Assembly: GCA_043767805.1 (NCBI GenBank)
Contig: JAYUGC010000020.1
Location: 1-17,387, forward strand
Source: Pseudomonadota bacterium
Lineage (GTDB): Bacteria; Bdellovibrionota; FAC87; UBA2466
Direction: 5' to 3'
Length of the DNA stretch: 17,387 nucleotides
In this document: positions 8,909 through 15,787 of the stretch, one piece after another
Numbering within the stretch: position 1 is the first letter of the stretch
Layout: each line of letters starts with the position of its first letter
Position numbers and translations under genes: made by a program
Notes under the pieces: model-generated
Told to the model about the DNA's origin: nothing
Database searches by the model: none
What the model saw: only the letters and a program-made list of their open reading frames with translations

Positions 8909-9942
8909 AAAGTAGGTTTGAGCTTAGTTTCCTCAAACGGCCTGGGCTCCACCTTGAGGGTGAGAATCTTAGGCCTGGTGAGGTATTGCCTGAGCGGTTT
9001 TTGCGGGGCGTGATCTAGCGCATCCTTGGCTCCGCGCCAGGCGAGGTACGGCATCGCTGCGAGGTCAGCGATGAGGTTAGGCGTTCCCGCGAAGGTCACT
9101 TCGGTGCCCACGATAGAGCCTCCCTGGTCCAAGAAGTTCTCGCCGAGGGCTTTTAGGAAATGCGGGCCCTGTTCTCCGCGTGTAGTCCAACACGTGTTTA
9201 GAACGATTTTAGCGTCGCTTGCGAAGATGCCTTTCAGTTTCGGCGCATCGCCTACGAGATGGGACTCGCCGACCGGCTGATGCTGGAAAAAGATCGTCGC
9301 TTGATTGCCGTGGCCGAAGAACTCGAGCTTTTTGATCTGGCCGTGCTCTTTGCGAACGGTTTTGAGCTTCGCGGTCAAATCTTCGAGGCTCGAAGCGCTG
9401 ATGCCGATACTTTTCTTTCGCTTGCCGTGGCGTGCCTCGAGGTAGCTCTCGGCGGCATCATGAAAGAACTGGTCATCGTGAACGGAAAATCCATTCACAT
9501 ACACGATGACGTCGTCTTCTTTTTCTTCCCCGGCTCCCGTGGCCTCGTCCATCTCGTAAAGGGTGAGCATGGTCGCGCGGCCTATGCCGTAAATCGCGGC
9601 GTAAACGGCCATGGAAACGCCGTCTCTCTTTACGAGCCGGGCCGGAATGTGAAGAAAGGCATGGCCTGGCTTGCTAGTTCGGGCGGCTTGATAACCCAGC
9701 ACCGCCGTATGCCCCAAAAACCAAAACGGATATTCCAGAGTCTTTGCGGTAAAGAGCGTTACCCGACCCGCGCGAAGGGCGCTCGTCTTCGCGGCTTGTA
9801 ACGCTCTCGTCGATAAGCGTGCATAACGTGACTCGCAGGTATCGGCTCGCGCCGGCTGGCTCATAAGGCATAGGAGTAGGGCGAACCCCAATGCTAACCG
9901 AAACCTTGCCTGAAGTGACCCCCTAGACAGACCTTCCCCCAA
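8905..9942 (-). CDS. Exported hypothetical protein with a DUF4347/caspase-fold-like His-Cys domain
   Basis: TTG start with GGAGG upstream. Signal peptide ending ARA-DTC. C-terminal half has IKKLEFFGHG (H211) and KIVLNTC (C251), followed by GEQGPHFLKALG. Confidence 0.65.
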   Translation of the reverse strand: MGEGLSRGSLQARFRLALGFALLLCLMSQPARADTCESRYARLSTRALQAAKTSALRAGRVTLFTAKTLEYPFWFLGHTAVLGYQAARTSKPGHAFLHIPARLVKRDGVSMAVYAAIYGIGRATMLTLYEMDEATGAGEEKEDDVIVYVNGFSVHDDQFFHDAAESYLEARHGKRKKSIGISASSLEDLTAKLKTVRKEHGQIKKLEFFGHGNQATIFFQHQPVGESHLVGDAPKLKGIFASDAKIVLNTCWTTRGEQGPHFLKALGENFLDQGGSIVGTEVTFAGTPNLIADLAAMPYLAWRGAKDALDHAPQKPLRQYLTRPKILTLKVEPRPFEETKLKPTF

Positions 9943-10013
9943 TCAGACTGACCTCCGGACAGACGTATTCCGGCGGTCGTCGCCCCCAATTCCCTGCGGC
10001 GGGAGAGTAACGG

Positions 10014-10029
10014 AGCAAGCGAAGTGCCA
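10014..10029 (-). promoter_or_regulatory. Sigma54 (-24/-12) promoter for the 8905-9942 gene
   Basis: Minus strand reads TGGCACTTCGCTTGCT, an exact fit to TGGCAC-N5-TTGCW, about 70 nt upstream of the start. Confidence 0.75.
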
Positions 10030-10158
10030 CGAAGTTCGGGCGTGAGGGGCTGCGAAGCCCCGGGGAATACGGAGAGCTTCGTGACTAGAGTTTGGTGGCT
10101 TTGACACTTTTAGGCACCTCGAAATTCCTATCTACGCGAAACAAAAAAGATGGTGTTG

Positions 10159-10174
10159 TGGCGCACTGGTTGCA
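10159..10174 (+). promoter_or_regulatory. Sigma54 (-24/-12) promoter for the 10233-11390 gene
   Basis: TGGCGCACTGGTTGCA has GG-N10-GC spacing and one mismatch to TGGCAC-N5-TTGCA. It lies 58 nt upstream of ATG 10233. Confidence 0.7.
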
Positions 10175-10232
10175 CCGGGAACAGAAGCTGCTTTGTTTTG
10201 GGGCGGTTAATAAATTTATGGGGAGAGTTCCA

Positions 10233-11390
10233 ATGAAGTTTCGTTTCGGAGTGGCCGTGGTTCTCACGGCGTTCTGTTTTGTTTGCGTGTCCGTGAAAGC
10301 GGAAAATCACGGCGGGTTCGACGGCGGCGGCGTCGCCATTGGTGACGTCCCCTTGCCTTACCAAGATCTCGACGCTCAGCCCGTACTTTTATCCCGGTCT
10401 GGTCCGGATAAGGACGGCAAGGCCACGTTGCGCGCGACTTTGTCCGCCACCAAGATTCTCGTCACCCCGATTCCGTTCCAAAACACCAAAAGAGTTTTCG
10501 TTAAAACGAAATGTACGGGCGGATCGCCTGGCGACGGAAGCAAGGGCGACTGGAAAGGGTTTTTCAATGCGAAGAAAGAAGATAAGGCCGCCGCGTTAGC
10601 GGCCGCCGTAAAAGGGATCGGTCTTTCGACCGCGAAGAAGATCATGAAGGACGGCCGGTACTTCCAGTCGAAGCCTGAAAGTTGGGAACAGTTCCATAAG
10701 ATGATTTTCGACATCCAAGACGACCTCAAGCTTCCTGTCGTGAGCGAAGTGCTCGGTGAGTACGGAAAGGAAAACGAACGCAATCTCGGTTACGTGCCGG
10801 AAGGCGGAACTTGCGAAGACATCTATGAAGATCGCACTTTCCTCGATTTCCGCATGACGCCGGTCCGTATCGGCGACGTGAAGAAGGATGTCGAGATTAA
10901 CATCGACGGCGCGCCTCTCTTATCCGGCGAGTCCGAGAATTACCAAGTCGTTCTTGGTCTCGACAACCACGGTCAGGTGGAAGTGAATCTCACGCCGCCC
11001 GATTATTTCAATACCCTTGGGCTCGAGAGCAAGACGGACCGGGCCGGGCAGACGACCTTCGATCTCAAAGGCAGCCGCAATCAAATCCGTCCTTCGGCCG
11101 ATTTCGTTCAGGTCACGCCTCGGGTCGTGGACGGTAAGCTCAAGTATCAAATCGTGAACAATCAGCCCGACTCCGAGGGCACGGTGCAAGTCAGCGTCAA
11201 GTCCTCCGTGAAGAAGGGTTTGTTTAAGAGCAGCGCCGGCTCGGCCGACATCACGCTAAAGGGCAACGACGAAGTCTATGACTCTGGCGCGACGGGCACG
11301 GATGGCAAGAAGGTGTACTACACCTACGACGTCCAAGTGTCGGGAAGCCCCTACTTCTCGAACACGAAGAGCCCGTCCAAGTCTCAGTAA
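10233..11390 (+). CDS. Secreted beta-rich hypothetical protein containing a helix-hairpin-helix motif
   Basis: Start placed at ATG 10233 (GGGAGAG RBS; signal peptide MKFRFGVAVVLTAFCFVCVSVKA) rather than 10092. HhH-like LAAAVKGIGLSTAKKIM at about 10596-10646. Confidence 0.8.
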   Translation: MKFRFGVAVVLTAFCFVCVSVKAENHGGFDGGGVAIGDVPLPYQDLDAQPVLLSRSGPDKDGKATLRATLSATKILVTPIPFQNTKRVFVKTKCTGGSPGDGSKGDWKGFFNAKKEDKAAALAAAVKGIGLSTAKKIMKDGRYFQSKPESWEQFHKMIFDIQDDLKLPVVSEVLGEYGKENERNLGYVPEGGTCEDIYEDRTFLDFRMTPVRIGDVKKDVEINIDGAPLLSGESENYQVVLGLDNHGQVEVNLTPPDYFNTLGLESKTDRAGQTTFDLKGSRNQIRPSADFVQVTPRVVDGKLKYQIVNNQPDSEGTVQVSVKSSVKKGLFKSSAGSADITLKGNDEVYDSGATGTDGKKVYYTYDVQVSGSPYFSNTKSPSKSQ

Positions 11391-11402
11391 GATCTGCTAA
11401 TG

Positions 11403-11455
11403 GTCGCCGGGCTCGCGGAAGGTCTAATCCTTCGTGGGCCCGGCGACTCCTTTTT
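11403..11455 (+). terminator. Rho-independent terminator
   Basis: GTCGCCGGGC...GAAGG / CCTTC...GCCCGGCGAC forms a long imperfect stem followed by TCCTTTTT, 12 nt after the stop at 11390. Confidence 0.8.
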
Positions 11456-11580
11456 GCGCGCTCCGCACCAAGTGTAGCTGTCCTTGCCCGAGACCGGAGG
11501 CTCGAAGCCTCCGCGCGAAGAAAGTAGCGAAGACGTCAGTTAAGCTCAGACGCCTCTCTTCTAGAGGTGGGCTTCCGCTC

Positions 11581-11589
11581 TGTTATGAT
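11581..11589 (+). promoter_or_regulatory. Possible extended -10 sigma70 promoter for the S8 gene
   Basis: TG-T-TATGAT lies 26 nt upstream of GTG 11616. No good -35 element. Confidence 0.35.
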
Positions 11590-11615
11590 AGGGCGATACC
11601 ATTCGGGGAGGCCTC

Positions 11616-12956
11616 GTGAGACGCATTCTTTCCGGCTTGTTCTTCTGCTTAGCGGCCACGACCGGTTTCGGCGCCACCATCGCCGTCATAGACACCGGCA
11701 TCGACTACAAGCACATCGATCTGAAGCACAACATCTGGAATAACCCCGTCTGTCCCCAAGACGTGGTTGCCGGCGGCAAGACCTACCCGTCCGCCATCAA
11801 CGGATGGAATTTCGCCGAGAAAAATAATGAGGTTATCGACTACAAGTACCTCGGCAAGTTCTCCCCCGATTGCACCAAGGCTTTTGAAGTTCAGGTGAAG
11901 ATTCAACTCGGCGTGGCGACTGTCGAAGAGCGGGAGTGGTTCAAGCAAAAGAAGACGGACCCCGCCTTTATGACCGAGATGGCGACTTTCGGAAACTTCG
12001 TACACGGAACGCACGTGGCCGGCATTGCCGGCAAGGACTCGGCCCGGGCGAAGCTCATCGGCGTAAAGATTATTGCCACCGAACGGCCGACGGCCCGTTT
12101 TCTCGCCCAATTCCGGGCTCGCCTCGGAAACCGGCCGGCGGACGATGCCACCGTCAAAGCTTTTCTCCTCACTTTGGCCAAGCGGCAAGCTGAATCGCTG
12201 GCCGAAGCGGGGGCCTTCACGGCGGCCACCCGCGCGCGCGTCGCGAACGGATCGTTCGGTGTCAGTGTCGCGGCGGTAAAGCCGACGATCGCGGCCATCG
12301 TGAAACAGTTACTTGGCGCTGCGCCTTCCGAGGCCGACAAGACTGAGTACGCGAAGTTTCTAATTCGCGAAGTAGTGAGCGCTTCGTCCACGTTTCCGGC
12401 AAGCAGTCCCAAAACCCTTTTCGTTTTGGCCTCCGGTAACGAAGGCAACGACAACAGCGTGCTTCCCGTCACGCCCGCCAACATTCGCGCGGATAACATA
12501 ATCACCGTTGCCGCCACGAACGGCACGGCGGCTTGGGTGAACTTCTCTAATTACAGCGCTACTTTGGTGGAAGTGGGGGCCCCCGGCTTAGCCATCGATT
12601 CGACGGTTCCGGGGGATAAGCGCCTGCAAATGAGCGGAACCAGCATGGCGGCTCCGTTCGTTGCCAACATTGCTGGCGCCGTTTTCGATGAGAATCCGGC
12701 TCTAACTCCAGCCGAAGTGAAAAAGATTCTCATGCGGACGGTGGATGTTAAGCCTTTCCTAAAAGGTAAGGTCAGCACCTCCGGCATCGTCAACAAAAAG
12801 CGCGCTGTCCTTGCGGCCTACCTTTCGCTGGGGTTGCCTTTGGATCTCGCGGTCTCTCAAGCGCGCCGGGATGTGGCGGATCAAGCGGAAGTGCGCTCGG
12901 TTCCGGAGAGCGCAGTGGCCGAGCTCCTGGTCTTGCCTTTGCCGAGCCCTCTGTAA
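11616..12956 (+). CDS. Secreted S8 family serine peptidase (subtilase)
   Basis: Catalytic triad motifs IAVIDTG (D26), HGTHVAG (H130) and SGTSMAAP (S343); oxyanion ASGN. Signal peptide and GGAGG RBS. Confidence 0.96.
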   Translation: MRRILSGLFFCLAATTGFGATIAVIDTGIDYKHIDLKHNIWNNPVCPQDVVAGGKTYPSAINGWNFAEKNNEVIDYKYLGKFSPDCTKAFEVQVKIQLGVATVEEREWFKQKKTDPAFMTEMATFGNFVHGTHVAGIAGKDSARAKLIGVKIIATERPTARFLAQFRARLGNRPADDATVKAFLLTLAKRQAESLAEAGAFTAATRARVANGSFGVSVAAVKPTIAAIVKQLLGAAPSEADKTEYAKFLIREVVSASSTFPASSPKTLFVLASGNEGNDNSVLPVTPANIRADNIITVAATNGTAAWVNFSNYSATLVEVGAPGLAIDSTVPGDKRLQMSGTSMAAPFVANIAGAVFDENPALTPAEVKKILMRTVDVKPFLKGKVSTSGIVNKKRAVLAAYLSLGLPLDLAVSQARRDVADQAEVRSVPESAVAELLVLPLPSPL

Positions 12957-12957
12957 G

Positions 12958-13503
12958 TTAGAAAAGGGCCTCGGGTCTGAGGTCCGCTCCGACATCAAAT
13001 CGCAGGACGCCGCTCCACACGGTTTTGCCGCCGACTTTGCCGAGCTCGGGCCCGACGGCAAAGCCGAAGCTTCCCGATCGGTCCGTGGGGTGCCAGCGCC
13101 AGCCGGCGAGGAGACGCCCGGCCACATATCCCGGTTGAGCCGAAGCCGTGCGAAAGGCGTACTTTCCCACGCCGGCGTTGATCCAAGGGCCCTTGTGAGG
13201 GGCCAAGGGATACCAATGCGCCGAGCCTCCGAAGTAGTAACTGAGATCTTTTCTTTTGGTCGGCGCCATCGCTTGAAGTCCTACTGAAACCGTCGCGGCC
13301 ACCGGAACCTGCAGATCCAGTTGCACGAGGCTTTGAGGAGAGCGATCTCTTAGCTCCTGGAGGCCGAAGGTCAGTAGTATTTTGCCGGGGCGATTTCTAA
13401 GCCGAGACGCGGTATCGGAAGCGCTCAACGTCGCGGCTTGCCGGGCGGAAAGCGCGCCTTGAGCCGACAAGCTAAAAAACAGAAGGGCGGATATGAGTTT
13501 CAC
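12958..13503 (-). CDS. Putative outer-membrane beta-barrel protein
   Basis: Probable GTG start at 13503 (KLISALLFFSLSAQGA signal peptide). Alternating amphipathic strands rich in Gly and aromatics (YYFGGSAHWYP, GPWINAGVG, RLLAGWRW, LRFDVG); C-terminal Phe. The start is uncertain because the ORF extends to 13554. Confidence 0.6.
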   Translation of the reverse strand: MKLISALLFFSLSAQGALSARQAATLSASDTASRLRNRPGKILLTFGLQELRDRSPQSLVQLDLQVPVAATVSVGLQAMAPTKRKDLSYYFGGSAHWYPLAPHKGPWINAGVGKYAFRTASAQPGYVAGRLLAGWRWHPTDRSGSFGFAVGPELGKVGGKTVWSGVLRFDVGADLRPEALF

Positions 13504-13649
13504 GTCGCCCAAGCTAGCGGTCCCGGCCCGAATGGGAAAGGATCGCGGCGGCAAAAGCGTCGATCCCGATAGCTTGCGGCTATGAGAGCCATTGTTTCCT
13601 TTAATTGGTTATGCCGCCCGGCGTCGCCTACTCTTAAAAGTGAGGGGAT

Positions 13650-14162
13650 ATGGAGATTGCGACGAACTCACAACCGATTGTACGCGGCGGACTGGTGACG
13701 GACGCCGCCGCCTTGGCCGCCATCTACAACCACGAAGTGGGGAACGGGACGACCAACTACGAAAGCGAGCCCCAGACCGAGGCAAGCCGCCGGCAATGGA
13801 TCGAGGGGCTCGCTGAACGAAACTTCCCGCTTCTCGTGGCCGAGTATGCCTCGGAAGTGGTGGGGTTCGCGGCGCTGACGCCCTTTCATCCTTTGAGCGG
13901 ATATCGCTTCACGGTGTCCGGACAGGTCTACGTGAAAGACGGTTGCCGAGGGCTGGGAGTTGGGCGCGCGCTTTGCGATCGGCTGCTCGAAGCAGCGCGC
14001 GCTCGGAAATATCACTGCATCTTGGCTGGCGTAAACGCGAAGAACCGGGCGAGCCTCGCGCTTCTCGAAGCGTTTGGCTTCAAGCAGGTCGGGCTTTTCA
14101 AGGAAATCGGCTTCAAGAACGGGCAGTGGCACGACGACGTGTGCCTGCAAAGACTTTTGTAA
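13650..14162 (+). CDS. GNAT N-acetyltransferase (phosphinothricin/methionine-sulfoximine acetyltransferase-like)
   Basis: AIYNHEV, acetyl-CoA motif RGLGVGRAL, NRASLALLEAFGF and EIGFKNGQWHD are typical of the Pat/YncA-like subfamily. Confidence 0.92.
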   Translation: MEIATNSQPIVRGGLVTDAAALAAIYNHEVGNGTTNYESEPQTEASRRQWIEGLAERNFPLLVAEYASEVVGFAALTPFHPLSGYRFTVSGQVYVKDGCRGLGVGRALCDRLLEAARARKYHCILAGVNAKNRASLALLEAFGFKQVGLFKEIGFKNGQWHDDVCLQRLL

Positions 14163-14183
14163 AACAAAGCAAAGGAGAAAAAA

Positions 14184-14648
14184 ATGAAACTCTCAAAGTA
14201 TCTCTTAGGGGTGATGGCTCTCTGCACGGCGATTCCCGCGATGGCGGCTGACTTCGTCGCGCCCGATCTTGTGACCTGTAAAGTGACGGCTCTCGAGCCT
14301 CAAGGGGCGAACTTCTTTCCTCCCGGCGGCGGGGGTGGCCCTCAGGTCGGCGACACCATCAAGCTCGATCTTTCGGCCAACGAGATCACCGATCTGACGT
14401 TCGACTCGGGCAGAAAGATTCTCTTGAAGAAGTCGGGCGCGAAGCTCGTCAAGAAAGTCTCCGGACAGGAGCCTTACCACACCTTCTTCGAAGGCACGTT
14501 TAAATCGTCGACAAGCGATTACATCGGCGTCTTGCATCTCGATCACAGCGAAAAAGTTTCCTACGGCGGTTTCGACCTCCTCCGGAAAGAATTTTTCTCC
14601 ACCATGAAACTGCACAAGCTCACCTTCGAGTGCACCCATAATCCCTGA
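14184..14648 (+). CDS. Secreted hypothetical protein
   Basis: Strong AAGGAG RBS. Signal peptide ending AMA. Cysteines near both ends of the mature chain and a PPGGGGGP loop. Confidence 0.8.
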   Translation: MKLSKYLLGVMALCTAIPAMAADFVAPDLVTCKVTALEPQGANFFPPGGGGGPQVGDTIKLDLSANEITDLTFDSGRKILLKKSGAKLVKKVSGQEPYHTFFEGTFKSSTSDYIGVLHLDHSEKVSYGGFDLLRKEFFSTMKLHKLTFECTHNP

Positions 14649-14660
14649 CTCAACTCCCAA

Positions 14661-14749
14661 CGGGTCCGGCCTCTCCAGGCCGGACCCGCCAAAAGGTACC
14701 TTTTAGCCAAGTGCCGGCGGTGGCTAAAAGTATCCACACACCTTTTGGC
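14661..14749. repeat. Tandem inverted repeats (terminator-like or structured RNA) between convergent genes
   Basis: Perfect 12-bp hairpin CGGGTCCGGCCT-CTCC-AGGCCGGACCCG (14661-14688). Nested stems GCCAAAAGGT (14688-14697) / ACCTTTTGGC (14740-14749) and CTTTTAGCCA (14700-14709) / TGGCTAAAAG (14721-14730). Confidence 0.8.
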
Positions 14750-14873
14750 CCCGTCCGGATCGCCTCGGTCCCTAAAACCACCGTCGAAAAAACGAAAGGC
14801 AACGATCCGCGGTAACCACGCTGTGGGTATGGGTCTCGATATATTTCGCTAGCTTCTCCATGGAGGGGCCAAG

Positions 14874-15407
14874 CTACTGCATGTCGTCTTCGGAAAGGCG
14901 CATGCCGAGCGCCGCGGGAGGGGCAAGGTCCAGAAGGCTCGATTCCGTAAGCGGGATTCGGTTATTTAAGGCCGCGTGCTTCGAAATGGCGATGGAGAGT
15001 AAGCCATCCTCGAGGGTCGCTTCGACCGCTTCCGCCGCAAAGTATCCAGGCAAGCAAAACGTCCGGGCGAAGCCGCCATAGGAATAGTGATCTCGAAGCG
15101 AAGATTCGCCCGAGCTCCCCGTTTTGGTGGCAAGTACCGTGACTTGTTTCTCGTGAATCTCGATGGAGATGTCTTGCGCGGCCATGCCCGGCAAATCGAT
15201 TTCGATTAAGAAGCAATCAGACAACTCACGCAGCTCGTAACCGTGACGTAGCGATTGTTCTTCCCACGGCTCCCAGCTCTTGCCGAGGCTTGCCGTCGCC
15301 ATCCACTCGTCGAGAAAGTCGCACTTGCCCCCGGCGATACCCCAAGTGTCTTTCGGCGACTTGGGAAGTCTGAGTACGCGAGGAGAGGTTTCACCCAATT
15401 TGTTCAT
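14874..15407 (-). CDS. Hsp20/alpha-crystallin family small heat-shock protein (divergent)
   Basis: FLIEIDLPGM, DISIEI, YGGFARTFCLP and VEATLEDGLLSIAISK correspond to alpha-crystallin domain motifs. Confidence 0.88.
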   Translation of the reverse strand: MNKLGETSPRVLRLPKSPKDTWGIAGGKCDFLDEWMATASLGKSWEPWEEQSLRHGYELRELSDCFLIEIDLPGMAAQDISIEIHEKQVTVLATKTGSSGESSLRDHYSYGGFARTFCLPGYFAAEAVEATLEDGLLSIAISKHAALNNRIPLTESSLLDLAPPAALGMRLSEDDMQ

Positions 15408-15616
15408 TAATCGCCTTCTCGCGCGCCGTCGGCCCGGCCTATGCGCAGCGGTTGTTTACGAGGAGATCCATCCAAAAGAAGCGAGAGGAGCAAGGCGTTT
15501 CTCCACGGCTTGGTGGGAAGGCGATCGATGCGGGCGCGGGCTGCTTTAGGGTGTTGCCCTTCACGCCCGTCGATGACAGCTCCCAGTTTTGCGATATCTG
15601 ACATTCGGCCAATCAT
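15407..15616 (-). CDS. Small hypothetical protein, possibly translationally coupled to Hsp20
   Basis: 69-aa ORF with a purine-rich GGGGAGAAGG upstream. Its stop overlaps the Hsp20 start (TAATG) and its 3' end supplies a GAAGG RBS. No recognisable domain. Confidence 0.4.
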   Translation of the reverse strand: MIGRMSDIAKLGAVIDGREGQHPKAARARIDRLPTKPWRNALLLSLLLDGSPRKQPLRIGRADGAREGD

Positions 15617-15658
15617 GCGCCTTCTCCCCGTTCGTGGCTTCCTTCGCTAATTTACTTG

Positions 15659-15674
15659 TGCAAGGTCCAGACCA
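15659..15674 (-). promoter_or_regulatory. Possible sigma54 promoter for the small ORF/Hsp20 unit
   Basis: Minus strand reads TGGTCTGGACCTTGCA (TGG-N10-GC with TTGCA), 42 nt upstream of ATG 15616. Confidence 0.55.
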
Positions 15675-15787
15675 AGAGAATGACTCGCGCTTTACGCCTG
15701 TGGCGGTGGTGCCTAATGCAATGTATGTATCTGTTTTGCAACGGAGCTGGAGCCCTAGGTGGGACAAAACTGGAGTTCCTGAGCCCG

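Noticed and set aside
10092..10232. N-terminal extension of the 10092-11390 ORF
   Set aside because: The signal peptide and RBS fit ATG 10233, and the extension overlaps the sigma54 box.
14750..14860. Possible c-di-GMP riboswitch or tRNA-like element
   Set aside because: I saw no GEMM consensus or cloverleaf on either strand, and the region lies downstream of both flanking genes.
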